DNA of 32,000 nt from Bacillus subtilis subsp. subtilis str. 168 (GCF_000009045.1 NC_000964.3:360001-392000), one strand, 5' to 3'; positions 19,901-30,700 are shown, numbered from the stretch's first letter. Notes: a model not told the origin generated them from the letters alone. Numbers and translations: made by a program.

Positions 19901-22900
19901 AGCAATCGCAGCCATTTGGCAGGACGTGCTGAACGTTGAGAAGGCGGGGATCTTTGACAATTTCTTTGAAACTGGCGGACATTCATTAAAAGCCATGACC
20001 CTTTTAACAAAGATTCATAAGGAAACAGGCATTGAGATTCCGCTTCAATTTTTGTTTGAGCATCCGACGATTACGGCTCTTGCAGAGGAAGCTGATCACA
20101 GAGAAAGCAAAGCTTTTGCGGTGATTGAACCTGCTGAAAAACAGGAGCATTACCCGCTTTCATTGGCACAGCAGCGAACATATATCGTCAGCCAGTTCGA
20201 GGATGCGGGAGTCGGCTATAACATGCCAGCAGCAGCAATTCTGGAAGGGCCTTTAGATATTCAAAAGCTGGAGCGCGCATTTCAGGGATTAATCCGACGC
20301 CACGAGTCATTGAGAACATCATTTGTTCTTGAAAACAGCACGCCGAGACAGAAAATTCACGATAGCGTTGATTTCAACATCGAAATGATTGAAAGAGGCG
20401 GCCGCTCAGATGAGGCAATTATGGCTTCATTCGTTCGGACATTTGATTTGGCGAAAGCTCCGCTGTTCAGAATCGGTTTGCTGGGGCTTGAAGAGAACCG
20501 TCATATGCTGCTGTTTGACATGCACCATTTGATTTCTGACGGTGTATCCATTGGCATTATGCTGGAGGAGTTAGCACGCATTTATAAAGGCGAACAGCTT
20601 CCTGATCTTCGTCTCCAGTATAAGGACTACGCTGTATGGCAAAGCAGACAGGCTGCTGAAGGGTACAAGAAGGACCAGGCTTATTGGAAGGAAGTCTTTG
20701 CAGGCGAGCTCCCGGTGCTTCAGCTTCTGTCCGATTACCCAAGACCACCTGTTCAAAGCTTTGAAGGGGATCGGGTGTCAATCAAGCTGGATGCGGGGGT
20801 AAAGGATCGCCTCAATCGTTTGGCTGAACAAAACGGCGCCACTTTATATATGGTGATGCTTTCCGCTTACTATACGCTTTTGTCAAAGTATACGGGGCAG
20901 GATGACATCATTGTCGGGACACCGTCAGCGGGCAGAAATCACTCCGATACAGAGGGCATTATCGGGATGTTCGTCAATACGCTTGCGATTCGCAGTGAGG
21001 TGAAGCAGAATGAGACGTTTACCCAATTGATCTCGCGTGTCCGCAAACGGGTGCTGGATGCCTTTTCTCATCAGGACTATCCGTTTGAGTGGCTTGTTGA
21101 AGATTTGAACATCCCGCGTGATGTTAGCAGGCATCCGCTGTTTGACACGATGTTCAGCCTTCAAAACGCGACAGAGGGCATTCCGGCTGTCGGCGATCTT
21201 TCCTTGTCTGTTCAAGAGACCAATTTCAAGATTGCCAAATTTGATTTGACGGTGCAGGCGAGAGAAACCGATGAAGGCATTGAGATTGATGTGGATTACA
21301 GCACAAAGCTGTTTAAACAAAGCACGGCAGACAGGCTGCTTACGCATTTTGCGCGTTTGCTTGAAGATGCTGCGGCTGATCCAGAGAAGCCGATTTCTGA
21401 GTATAAGCTTCTTTCTGAAGAGGAGGCTGCTTCGCAAATTCAGCAGTTTAACCCGGGCAGAACACCTTATCCGAAAGATAAAACAATTGTTCAGCTGTTT
21501 GAGGAGCAAGCGGCGAATACGCCAGACCACACTGCGCTTCAATATGAAGGCGAATCACTCACTTATCGTGAACTGAATGAACGGGCCAATCGTTTAGCCC
21601 GCGGCATTCTTTCTCTTGGAGCTGGCGAAGGCAGAACTGCGGCTGTCTTATGCGAGCGGTCAATGGATATGATTGTGTCGATCTTGGCAGTATTAAAATC
21701 AGGTTCGGCTTATGTTCCGATCGATCCGGAACATCCGATTCAGCGGATGCAGCATTTCTTCCGTGACAGCGGAGCAAAGGTGCTTCTCACTCAGAGGAAA
21801 TTAAAGGCTTTGGCGGAAGAAGCGGAATTTAAGGGCGTTATCGTGCTAGCCGATGAGGAAGAAAGCTATCATGCCGATGCGCGAAATCTCGCACTGCCTC
21901 TTGATTCTGCAGCAATGGCCAACCTGACGTATACTTCCGGAACGACTGGAACACCTAAGGGGAATATCGTGACACATGCCAATATTCTCCGCACGGTGAA
22001 GGAAACGAATTATCTCAGCATTACAGAACAGGATACGATTCTCGGTCTTTCCAATTACGTGTTTGACGCGTTTATGTTCGATATGTTCGGCTCTTTGTTA
22101 AACGGAGCCAAGCTGGTGCTGATACCGAAGGAAACCGTTTTGGACATGGCTCGCCTGTCCCGCGTCATTGAACGGGAGAACATCAGCATTCTCATGATTA
22201 CAACCGCTTTGTTCCACTTGCTTGTGGACTTGAATCCGGCATGCTTGTCAACGCTTCGCAAGATTATGTTTGGCGGGGAACGGGCTTCGGTTGAGCATGT
22301 CAGAAAAGCTTTGCAAACGGTTGGAAAGGGCAAGCTCCTTCATATGTATGGACCGTCTGAAAGCACGGTTTTCGCGACGTATCATCCGGTTGATGAATTG
22401 GAGGAGCACACGCTGTCTGTTCCGATTGGAAAACCGGTCAGCAATACGGAAGTATACATTCTTGACCGTACGGGACACGTGCAGCCTGCCGGGATTGCCG
22501 GAGAGCTTTGCGTCAGCGGCGAAGGACTCGTGAAAGGCTATTACAACCGTCCAGAACTGACTGAGGAGAAATTTGTTCCCCATCCGTTTACATCCGGCGA
22601 ACGCATGTATAAAACGGGAGACCTTGCGAGATGGCTGCCGAATGGCGACATCGAATTTATCGGGCGAATCGACCATCAGGTGAAGATTCGCGGACAGCGC
22701 ATCGAGCTTGGAGAAATCGAACATCAGCTGCAAACCCATGATCGTGTTCAGGAAAGTGTTGTGCTTGCCGTTGATCAAGGAGCGGGAGATAAACTGTTGT
22801 GTGCTTACTATGTCGGAGAAGGAGACATCTCATCACAAGAGATGAGAGAGCATGCTGCGAAGGACTTGCCGGCATATATGGTTCCTGCGGTGTTTATCCA

Positions 22901-25900
22901 AATGGACGAGCTGCCGCTGACAGGGAACGGAAAAATTGACCGGAGAGCGCTGCCGATTCCTGATGCCAACGTTTCAAGAGGTGTTTCATATGTTGCGCCA
23001 CGCAATGGAACGGAACAAAAAGTCGCGGACATTTGGGCACAGGTACTTCAGGCAGAACAAGTCGGCGCTTATGACCACTTCTTTGACATTGGCGGACATT
23101 CATTAGCAGGCATGAAGATGCTTGCCTTGGTTCATCAGGAACTGGGCGTTGAGCTGTCACTCAAGGATCTCTTCCAGTCACCGACGGTTGAGGGCTTGGC
23201 ACAGGTGATTGCCTCTGCTGAAAAAGGGACAGCCGCAAGTATCAGCCCGGCAGAGAAACAAGATACGTATCCTGTTTCTTCACCGCAAAAACGGATGTAC
23301 GTGCTTCAGCAGCTTGAGGATGCGCAAACGAGCTATAACATGCCGGCGGTTCTGCGCCTGACAGGTGAGCTTGATGTTGAAAGGCTTAACAGCGTCATGC
23401 AGCAGTTAATGCAGCGTCATGAAGCCTTGAGAACCACGTTTGAAATAAAAGATGGAGAAACGGTGCAGCGGATCTGGGAAGAGGCTGAGTGCGAGATAGC
23501 CTATTTCGAAGCCCCGGAAGAAGAGACAGAGCGGATCGTTTCTGAGTTTATTAAGCCTTTCAAAATCGACCAACTTCCACTGTTCAGAATAGGGCTTATC
23601 AAGCATTCAGACACTGAGCATGTGCTGCTGTTCGATATGCATCATATTATTTCTGATGGTGCATCTGTCGGTGTGCTGATTGAGGAGCTTTCAAAGCTGT
23701 ACGACGGAGAAACCCTTGAGCCGCTCCGTATTCAATATAAGGATTATGCCGTGTGGCAGCAGCAGTTCATTCAGTCTGAGCTTTACAAGAAGCAAGAAGA
23801 GCATTGGCTGAAGGAGCTGGACGGAGAGCTGCCGGTGCTGACGCTTCCGACTGATTACAGTCGGCCTGCCGTTCAAACATTTGAGGGAGACCGCATTGCA
23901 TTTTCATTAGAAGCAGGCAAAGCTGATGCTCTGCGCAGGCTTGCAAAAGAAACGGATTCCACGCTTTACATGGTGCTTCTGGCTTCATACAGTGCGTTTT
24001 TATCAAAAATTAGCGGGCAAGACGATATCATCGTCGGTTCACCTGTGGCCGGACGATCTCAAGCGGACGTCAGCCGCGTCATCGGAATGTTCGTCAATAC
24101 ATTGGCGCTGCGCACGTATCCGAAGGGTGAAAAGACGTTTGCTGACTATCTTAACGAAGTGAAAGAAACGGCACTCAGCGCTTTTGATGCGCAGGATTAC
24201 CCACTTGAGGATTTGATCGGAAATGTTCAGGTTCAGCGTGACACAAGCAGAAATCCGTTATTCGATGCAGTTTTTTCAATGCAAAATGCGAATATAAAGG
24301 ATTTAACAATGAAAGGGATTCAGCTTGAGCCGCATCCGTTTGAACGGAAAACAGCCAAGTTTGACCTCACGCTGACGGCTGACGAAACCGACGGAGGGCT
24401 TACATTCGTACTCGAATACAATACAGCTCTGTTTAAGCAGGAAACGATTGAACGATGGAAGCAATATTGGATGGAGCTTTTAGATGCAGTTACTGGGAAC
24501 CCGAACCAGCCGCTTTCCAGCCTGTCACTGGTCACCGAGACAGAAAAGCAAGCGCTTCTTGAGGCATGGAAGGGCAAAGCGCTGCCTGTGCCGACAGACA
24601 AAACGGTTCATCAGCTATTCGAAGAGACTGCCCAGCGCCACAAAGACCGCCCGGCTGTCACATACAACGGCCAGTCTTGGACGTACGGCGAGCTGAATGC
24701 GAAGGCAAACCGTCTCGCGCGGATTCTGATGGACTGCGGCATCAGCCCGGATGACCGCGTCGGCGTTCTCACGAAGCCGTCGCTTGAAATGTCCGCCGCG
24801 GTGCTCGGCGTCTTGAAAGCCGGAGCGGCGTTTGTGCCGATTGATCCTGACTATCCGGATCAGCGGATTGAGTATATTTTACAGGACAGCGGCGCGAAGC
24901 TTCTCTTGAAACAGGAAGGCATTTCAGTGCCGGACAGCTATACGGGAGATGTCATTCTTCTCGACGGAAGCCGCACGATTCTAAGCCTGCCGCTTGATGA
25001 AAACGACGAGGAAAATCCAGAAACCGCTGTAACCGCGGAGAACTTGGCGTACATGATTTACACGTCTGGAACGACCGGACAGCCGAAGGGTGTCATGGTC
25101 GAGCACCATGCGCTTGTGAACCTGTGCTTCTGGCACCACGACGCGTTCAGCATGACAGCGGAGGACCGCAGTGCGAAGTACGCGGGCTTTGGGTTCGACG
25201 CTTCCATTTGGGAGATGTTCCCGACCTGGACGATCGGTGCCGAACTTCACGTCATTGAGGAAGCGATCCGCCTCGATATCGTCCGCCTGAACGATTATTT
25301 TGAAACGAACGGCGTAACGATCACGTTCCTGCCGACACAGCTTGCGGAACAGTTCATGGAGCTTGAGAACACATCACTTCGCGTATTGCTTACTGGAGGA
25401 GACAAGCTGAAGCGCGCAGTGAAAAAGCCGTACACACTCGTCAATAACTACGGGCCGACAGAGAATACGGTCGTTGCCACAAGCGCAGAAATCCATCCGG
25501 AGGAAGGCTCGCTTTCCATCGGAAGGGCCATTGCCAATACGAGAGTATACATTCTCGGCGAGGGCAATCAGGTGCAGCCGGAAGGCGTAGCCGGAGAGCT
25601 TTGCGTGGCGGGGCGCGGACTGGCACGCGGCTATCTGAATCGAGAAGACGAAACCGCGAAGCGGTTTGTCGCTGATCCGTTTGTGCCGGGTGAGCGCATG
25701 TACCGCACCGGCGATTTGGTGAAATGGACGGGCGGCGGCATCGAATACATCGGCCGGATCGACCAGCAGGTCAAGGTCCGCGGCTACCGGATCGAGCTCT
25801 CAGAAATTGAAGTCCAGCTCGCCCAGCTTTCTGAGGTGCAGGATGCGGCGGTGACAGCTGTCAAAGATAAAGGCGGCAACACAGCGATCGCGGCGTATGT

Positions 25901-27731
25901 CACACCGGAATCAGCTGACATAGAAGCACTGAAATCAGCACTGAAGGAAACCCTGCCGGATTACATGATCCCGGCGTTCTGGGTGACGCTGAACGAGCTT
26001 CCGGTTACGGCAAACGGCAAAGTGGACCGCAAAGCCTTGCCTGAGCCGGACATCGAAGCGGGAAGCGGAGAATACAAAGCGCCGACGACCGACATGGAAG
26101 AGCTGCTTGCCGGCATCTGGCAGGACGTGCTTGGAATGTCTGAAGTCGGTGTCACCGACAATTTCTTCTCGCTTGGCGGAGATTCCATCAAAGGAATTCA
26201 AATGGCGAGCCGCTTGAACCAGCACGGCTGGAAGCTGGAAATGAAAGATCTCTTCCAGCACCCGACGATCGAAGAGCTCACCCAGTACGTAGAGCGTGCC
26301 GAAGGCAAACAGGCAGACCAAGGCCCGGTGGAGGGCGAAGTCATCCTGACGCCGATCCAGCGCTGGTTCTTTGAAAAGAACTTCACGAACAAGCACCACT
26401 GGAACCAATCTGTGATGCTTCACGCCAAGAAGGGCTTTGATCCTGAACGGGTGGAGAAAACATTGCAGGCGCTGATCGAGCATCATGACGCGCTCCGCAT
26501 GGTCTATCGTGAGGGACAGGAAGACGTCATTCAATACAACAGAGGTCTTGAAGCTGCTTCAGCTCAATTGGAGGTCATCCAGATTGAGGGCCAAGCTGCA
26601 GATTACGAAGACCGAATAGAGAGAGAAGCGGAGCGTTTGCAAAGCAGCATCGACTTGCAGGAAGGCGGCTTGTTAAAAGCAGGCTTGTTCCAAGCGGAAG
26701 ACGGAGATCACTTGCTTCTTGCCATTCACCACTTAGTGGTTGACGGCGTGTCGTGGCGGATTTTACTGGAGGATTTCGCCGCGGTATATACACAGCTTGA
26801 GCAAGGCAATGAACCGGTTCTCCCGCAGAAAACACATTCATTTGCAGAGTATGCAGAGAGATTGCAAGACTTCGCGAACTCCAAAGCCTTTTTGAAAGAA
26901 AAAGAGTATTGGAGACAGCTTGAAGAACAAGCTGTTGCGGCAAAGCTTCCGAAAGACCGCGAATCTGGTGATCAGCGAATGAAACATACAAAGACAATTG
27001 AATTCTCGCTGACTGCTGAAGAGACAGAACAGCTCACCACAAAGGTGCATGAGGCATATCACACAGAAATGAATGATATTTTGCTGACGGCATTCGGATT
27101 GGCAATGAAGGAGTGGACGGGTCAAGATCGAGTAAGTGTTCATTTAGAGGGGCATGGACGTGAAGAAATCATAGAAGACCTGACCATTTCTCGCACAGTC
27201 GGCTGGTTTACAAGTATGTACCCAATGGTGCTCGATATGAAGCATGCGGATGATCTGGGCTACCAGCTGAAGCAAATGAAAGAAGATATCAGACATGTGC
27301 CGAATAAGGGAGTCGGATACGGCATTCTGCGCTATCTGACGGCACCGGAACATAAAGAAGATGTGGCGTTCTCGATTCAGCCGGATGTCAGCTTCAACTA
27401 TTTAGGTCAGTTTGACGAAATGTCGGATGCAGGTTTGTTTACGAGATCAGAGCTGCCATCAGGACAGTCATTAAGCCCTGAAACAGAAAAACCGAATGCG
27501 CTGGATGTTGTCGGATATATCGAAAACGGAAAACTGACGATGTCACTGGCCTATCATTCTCTTGAATTTCATGAAAAAACAGTACAAACATTCAGTGACA
27601 GCTTTAAAGCGCATCTTCTCAGAATCATTGAACATTGCCTATCTCAAGATGGTACGGAACTGACCCCGAGTGATCTTGGTGACGACGATTTGACGCTGGA
27701 TGAGCTGGATAAATTAATGGAAATTTTCTAA
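16968..27731 (+). CDS. srfAA: Surfactin non-ribosomal peptide synthetase subunit A: C-A-T / C-A-T / C-A-T-E (Glu-Leu-D-Leu)
   Basis: 3587-aa ORF with three A domains (YIIYTSGTTGRPKG, NLTYTSGTTGTPKG, YMIYTSGTTGQPKG), carriers GGHSLKA, GGHSLAG, GGDSIKG, HHxxxDG motifs and a terminal epimerisation domain; RBS AGGGGAGG. Confidence 0.97.
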   Translation: MEITFYPLTDAQKRIWYTEKFYPHTSISNLAGIGKLVSADAIDYVLVEQAIQEFIRRNDAMRLRLRLDENGEPVQYISEYRPVDIKHTDTTEDPNAIEFISQWSREETKKPLPLYDCDLFRFSLFTIKENEVWFYANVHHVISDGISMNILGNAIMHIYLELASGSETKEGISHSFIDHVLSEQEYAQSKRFEKDKAFWNKQFESVPELVSLKRNASAGGSLDAERFSKDVPEALHQQILSFCEANKVSVLSVFQSLLAAYLYRVSGQNDVVTGTFMGNRTNAKEKQMLGMFVSTVPLRTNIDGGQAFSEFVKDRMKDLMKTLRHQKYPYNLLINDLRETKSSLTKLFTVSLEYQVMQWQKEEDLAFLTEPIFSGSGLNDVSIHVKDRWDTGKLTIDFDYRTDLFSREEINMICERMITMLENALTHPEHTIDELTLISDAEKEKLLARAGGKSVSYRKDMTIPELFQEKAELLSDHPAVVFEDRTLSYRTLHEQSARIANVLKQKGVGPDSPVAVLIERSERMITAIMGILKAGGAYVPIDPGFPAERIQYILEDCGADFILTESKVAAPEADAELIDLDQAIEEGAEESLNADVNARNLAYIIYTSGTTGRPKGVMIEHRQVHHLVESLQQTIYQSGSQTLRMALLAPFHFDASVKQIFASLLLGQTLYIVPKKTVTNGAALTAYYRKNSIEATDGTPAHLQMLAAAGDFEGLKLKHMLIGGEGLSSVVADKLLKLFKEAGTAPRLTNVYGPTETCVDASVHPVIPENAVQSAYVPIGKALGNNRLYILDQKGRLQPEGVAGELYIAGDGVGRGYLHLPELTEEKFLQDPFVPGDRMYRTGDVVRWLPDGTIEYLGREDDQVKVRGYRIELGEIEAVIQQAPDVAKAVVLARPDEQGNLEVCAYVVQKPGSEFAPAGLREHAARQLPDYMVPAYFTEVTEIPLTPSGKVDRRKLFALEVKAVSGTAYTAPRNETEKAIAAIWQDVLNVEKAGIFDNFFETGGHSLKAMTLLTKIHKETGIEIPLQFLFEHPTITALAEEADHRESKAFAVIEPAEKQEHYPLSLAQQRTYIVSQFEDAGVGYNMPAAAILEGPLDIQKLERAFQGLIRRHESLRTSFVLENSTPRQKIHDSVDFNIEMIERGGRSDEAIMASFVRTFDLAKAPLFRIGLLGLEENRHMLLFDMHHLISDGVSIGIMLEELARIYKGEQLPDLRLQYKDYAVWQSRQAAEGYKKDQAYWKEVFAGELPVLQLLSDYPRPPVQSFEGDRVSIKLDAGVKDRLNRLAEQNGATLYMVMLSAYYTLLSKYTGQDDIIVGTPSAGRNHSDTEGIIGMFVNTLAIRSEVKQNETFTQLISRVRKRVLDAFSHQDYPFEWLVEDLNIPRDVSRHPLFDTMFSLQNATEGIPAVGDLSLSVQETNFKIAKFDLTVQARETDEGIEIDVDYSTKLFKQSTADRLLTHFARLLEDAAADPEKPISEYKLLSEEEAASQIQQFNPGRTPYPKDKTIVQLFEEQAANTPDHTALQYEGESLTYRELNERANRLARGILSLGAGEGRTAAVLCERSMDMIVSILAVLKSGSAYVPIDPEHPIQRMQHFFRDSGAKVLLTQRKLKALAEEAEFKGVIVLADEEESYHADARNLALPLDSAAMANLTYTSGTTGTPKGNIVTHANILRTVKETNYLSITEQDTILGLSNYVFDAFMFDMFGSLLNGAKLVLIPKETVLDMARLSRVIERENISILMITTALFHLLVDLNPACLSTLRKIMFGGERASVEHVRKALQTVGKGKLLHMYGPSESTVFATYHPVDELEEHTLSVPIGKPVSNTEVYILDRTGHVQPAGIAGELCVSGEGLVKGYYNRPELTEEKFVPHPFTSGERMYKTGDLARWLPNGDIEFIGRIDHQVKIRGQRIELGEIEHQLQTHDRVQESVVLAVDQGAGDKLLCAYYVGEGDISSQEMREHAAKDLPAYMVPAVFIQMDELPLTGNGKIDRRALPIPDANVSRGVSYVAPRNGTEQKVADIWAQVLQAEQVGAYDHFFDIGGHSLAGMKMLALVHQELGVELSLKDLFQSPTVEGLAQVIASAEKGTAASISPAEKQDTYPVSSPQKRMYVLQQLEDAQTSYNMPAVLRLTGELDVERLNSVMQQLMQRHEALRTTFEIKDGETVQRIWEEAECEIAYFEAPEEETERIVSEFIKPFKIDQLPLFRIGLIKHSDTEHVLLFDMHHIISDGASVGVLIEELSKLYDGETLEPLRIQYKDYAVWQQQFIQSELYKKQEEHWLKELDGELPVLTLPTDYSRPAVQTFEGDRIAFSLEAGKADALRRLAKETDSTLYMVLLASYSAFLSKISGQDDIIVGSPVAGRSQADVSRVIGMFVNTLALRTYPKGEKTFADYLNEVKETALSAFDAQDYPLEDLIGNVQVQRDTSRNPLFDAVFSMQNANIKDLTMKGIQLEPHPFERKTAKFDLTLTADETDGGLTFVLEYNTALFKQETIERWKQYWMELLDAVTGNPNQPLSSLSLVTETEKQALLEAWKGKALPVPTDKTVHQLFEETAQRHKDRPAVTYNGQSWTYGELNAKANRLARILMDCGISPDDRVGVLTKPSLEMSAAVLGVLKAGAAFVPIDPDYPDQRIEYILQDSGAKLLLKQEGISVPDSYTGDVILLDGSRTILSLPLDENDEENPETAVTAENLAYMIYTSGTTGQPKGVMVEHHALVNLCFWHHDAFSMTAEDRSAKYAGFGFDASIWEMFPTWTIGAELHVIEEAIRLDIVRLNDYFETNGVTITFLPTQLAEQFMELENTSLRVLLTGGDKLKRAVKKPYTLVNNYGPTENTVVATSAEIHPEEGSLSIGRAIANTRVYILGEGNQVQPEGVAGELCVAGRGLARGYLNREDETAKRFVADPFVPGERMYRTGDLVKWTGGGIEYIGRIDQQVKVRGYRIELSEIEVQLAQLSEVQDAAVTAVKDKGGNTAIAAYVTPESADIEALKSALKETLPDYMIPAFWVTLNELPVTANGKVDRKALPEPDIEAGSGEYKAPTTDMEELLAGIWQDVLGMSEVGVTDNFFSLGGDSIKGIQMASRLNQHGWKLEMKDLFQHPTIEELTQYVERAEGKQADQGPVEGEVILTPIQRWFFEKNFTNKHHWNQSVMLHAKKGFDPERVEKTLQALIEHHDALRMVYREGQEDVIQYNRGLEAASAQLEVIQIEGQAADYEDRIEREAERLQSSIDLQEGGLLKAGLFQAEDGDHLLLAIHHLVVDGVSWRILLEDFAAVYTQLEQGNEPVLPQKTHSFAEYAERLQDFANSKAFLKEKEYWRQLEEQAVAAKLPKDRESGDQRMKHTKTIEFSLTAEETEQLTTKVHEAYHTEMNDILLTAFGLAMKEWTGQDRVSVHLEGHGREEIIEDLTISRTVGWFTSMYPMVLDMKHADDLGYQLKQMKEDIRHVPNKGVGYGILRYLTAPEHKEDVAFSIQPDVSFNYLGQFDEMSDAGLFTRSELPSGQSLSPETEKPNALDVVGYIENGKLTMSLAYHSLEFHEKTVQTFSDSFKAHLLRIIEHCLSQDGTELTPSDLGDDDLTLDELDKLMEIF
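16983..18300 (+). other. srfAA domain C1 (starter condensation, lipoinitiation; approximate bounds)
   Basis: N-terminal C domain in a first module, HHVISDG at about 17382. Confidence 0.8.
18348..20100 (+). other. srfAA domains A1-T1 (approximate bounds)
   Basis: YIIYTSGTTGRPKG ... GKVDRRKL ... FFETGGHSLKA. The FDASVKQIF stretch gives specificity residues D-A-K, in line with a Glu code. Confidence 0.82.
20150..23210 (+). other. srfAA module 2, C2-A2-T2 (approximate bounds)
   Basis: HHLISDG; NLTYTSGTTGTPKG; FDAFMFDMF (D-A-F, Leu-type code); GGHSLAG. Confidence 0.82.
23265..26290 (+). other. srfAA module 3, C3-A3-T3 (approximate bounds)
   Basis: HHIISDG; YMIYTSGTTGQPKG; FDASIWEMF (D-A-W, second Leu-type code); LGGDSIKG carrier motif typical before an E domain. 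Confidence 0.82.
26320..27720 (+). other. srfAA epimerisation domain (approximate bounds)
   Basis: ILTPIQRWFFEKNFTNKHHWNQSV, HHLVVDGVSWRIL, EGHGREEIIEDLTISRTVGWFTSMYP, FNYLGQFDEM. Confidence 0.88.
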
Positions 27732-27743
27732 TAGAGGTGGCAT

Positions 27744-30700
27744 ATGAGCAAAAAATCGATTCAAAAGGTGTACGCACTGACACCAATGCAGGAGGGAATG
27801 CTGTATCATGCGATGCTTGATCCGCATTCTTCCTCGTACTTCACACAATTAGAGCTTGGGATTCACGGCGCTTTTGATCTTGAAATCTTTGAGAAAAGCG
27901 TCAATGAACTGATTCGGTCATACGATATTCTCCGTACGGTATTTGTGCATCAGCAGCTGCAAAAACCGCGTCAGGTCGTGTTAGCGGAACGCAAAACAAA
28001 AGTGCATTATGAGGATATCAGTCATGCAGACGAAAACCGCCAGAAAGAGCACATTGAGCGTTACAAACAAGACGTTCAGCGCCAAGGCTTTAACCTGGCA
28101 AAAGACATATTGTTCAAGGTAGCGGTTTTCCGCCTTGCTGCAGATCAGCTGTATCTTGTCTGGAGCAATCATCATATTATGATGGACGGCTGGAGCATGG
28201 GCGTCCTCATGAAAAGCCTGTTCCAAAACTATGAAGCGCTCAGAGCAGGCAGGACACCGGCAAACGGTCAGGGCAAGCCTTATTCCGATTACATCAAGTG
28301 GCTTGGAAAACAGGACAATGAAGAAGCGGAGAGCTACTGGAGCGAGCGCTTGGCGGGTTTTGAACAGCCAAGCGTGCTCCCGGGCCGCCTGCCTGTGAAA
28401 AAAGACGAATACGTCAATAAAGAATATTCATTTACATGGGACGAAACACTGGTTGCCCGTATTCAGCAAACCGCAAATCTCCATCAAGTGACAGGGCCTA
28501 ACCTATTTCAGGCCGTTTGGGGCATTGTTCTCAGCAAATACAACTTTACGGATGATGTGATCTTCGGAACGGTCGTCTCGGGACGACCGTCTGAAATCAA
28601 CGGAATCGAAACGATGGCGGGGCTGTTTATCAACACCATTCCAGTGCGGGTGAAAGTTGAACGAGATGCTGCATTCGCTGATATTTTCACAGCTGTTCAG
28701 CAGCATGCAGTAGAGGCAGAGCGTTACGATTACGTGCCGCTCTATGAGATTCAAAAACGCTCAGCTCTTGATGGCAATCTCTTAAACCATCTGGTCGCGT
28801 TTGAAAATTATCCGCTTGATCAAGAGCTTGAAAACGGCAGCATGGAAGACCGCCTCGGGTTTTCGATTAAGGTAGAAAGCGCATTTGAACAAACGAGCTT
28901 CGATTTCAACCTGATTGTGTATCCGGGCAAAACGTGGACCGTCAAAATTAAATATAACGGAGCCGCCTTTGATTCCGCTTTTATCGAACGGACAGCGGAG
29001 CACCTTACCCGCATGATGGAAGCAGCTGTCGATCAGCCGGCCGCTTTTGTGCGTGAGTACGGGCTTGTGGGAGACGAAGAGCAGCGGCAAATTGTCGAGG
29101 TGTTTAACAGCACGAAAGCCGAACTCCCTGAAGGAATGGCTGTTCACCAAGTGTTTGAAGAGCAAGCGAAACGGACGCCGGCGAGCACCGCCGTCGTATA
29201 TGAAGGAACCAAGCTGACGTACCGCGAGCTGAATGCAGCGGCTAACCGTCTGGCGAGAAAGCTTGTCGAACATGGGCTTCAAAAAGGGGAAACAGCAGCG
29301 ATTATGAACGACCGCTCAGTAGAAACCGTTGTCGGCATGCTGGCTGTTTTAAAAGCAGGCGCCGCATATGTGCCGCTTGATCCAGCGCTTCCTGGGGATC
29401 GTCTTCGTTTCATGGCAGAGGACAGCTCCGTTCGAATGGTTTTGATCGGAAATTCTTATACAGGGCAGGCACATCAGCTGCAAGTGCCGGTTCTTACACT
29501 GGACATAGGCTTTGAAGAGAGTGAAGCGGCTGACAATCTCAACCTGCCATCCGCCCCGTCTGATTTGGCGTACATCATGTACACATCCGGTTCAACGGGC
29601 AAACCGAAAGGCGTCATGATCGAACATAAAAGCATTCTGCGCCTCGTCAAAAATGCCGGGTACGTTCCTGTTACTGAAGAAGACCGCATGGCGCAAACGG
29701 GAGCTGTCAGCTTTGATGCCGGAACGTTTGAGGTATTCGGCGCACTGCTGAATGGCGCAGCACTTTATCCGGTCAAAAAAGAGACACTGCTTGATGCGAA
29801 ACAATTTGCTGCATTCCTGCGTGAGCAAAGCATCACAACTATGTGGCTGACATCACCTTTATTCAACCAGCTTGCTGCAAAGGATGCGGGTATGTTCGGC
29901 ACACTGCGCCATTTAATCATCGGCGGAGATGCCCTTGTCCCGCATATTGTCAGCAAAGTAAAACAGGCATCGCCGTCGCTTTCATTGTGGAACGGATACG
30001 GCCCGACAGAAAACACGACGTTTTCAACCAGTTTTCTGATCGACCGCGAGTATGGCGGCTCTATCCCAATCGGGAAGCCGATCGGAAATTCCACTGCCTA
30101 TATTATGGATGAGCAGCAATGCCTGCAGCCAATCGGCGCGCCTGGTGAGCTTTGCGTAGGCGGAATCGGTGTAGCGCGTGGGTATGTCAATCTCCCTGAG
30201 CTGACGGAGAAGCAATTTCTGGAAGACCCGTTCAGACCGGGTGAGAGAATTTACCGCACTGGTGACTTGGCAAGATGGCTGCCGGACGGCAATATCGAAT
30301 TTTTAGGCAGAATCGACAACCAAGTGAAGGTGCGCGGCTTCCGAATTGAGCTTGGCGAAATTGAAACAAAACTGAACATGGCTGAGCATGTGACAGAAGC
30401 CGCGGTGATCATACGCAAGAACAAAGCAGACGAAAATGAAATTTGCGCGTACTTCACGGCGGATCGTGAAGTGGCTGTGAGTGAGCTGAGAAAAACACTG
30501 TCTCAGTCTTTGCCTGACTATATGGTCCCTGCCCACCTGATTCAAATGGACAGCCTGCCGCTCACGCCAAACGGGAAAATCAACAAAAAGGAACTGCCTG
30601 CACCGCAATCAGAAGCCGTGCAGCCGGAATACGCAGCACCAAAAACAGAGAGTGAAAAGAAATTAGCGGAGATCTGGGAAGGAATACTCGGCGTCAAAGC

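Noticed and set aside
20925-21542. 205-aa antisense ORF inside srfAA
   Set aside because: Mirror-frame ORF over a conserved C-domain coding region, low-complexity composition, no recognisable domain or RBS.
25935-26534. 199-aa antisense ORF inside srfAA
   Set aside because: Lies opposite the GC-rich A3-T3 coding region, where high GC lowers stop-codon frequency on the reverse strand; no domain signature.
28782-29282. 166-aa antisense ORF and many neighbouring minus ORFs in 28.5-31 kb
   Set aside because: All lie opposite srfAB, which is clearly the coding frame with NRPS motifs in register; they appear prominent only because srfAB is absent from the track.
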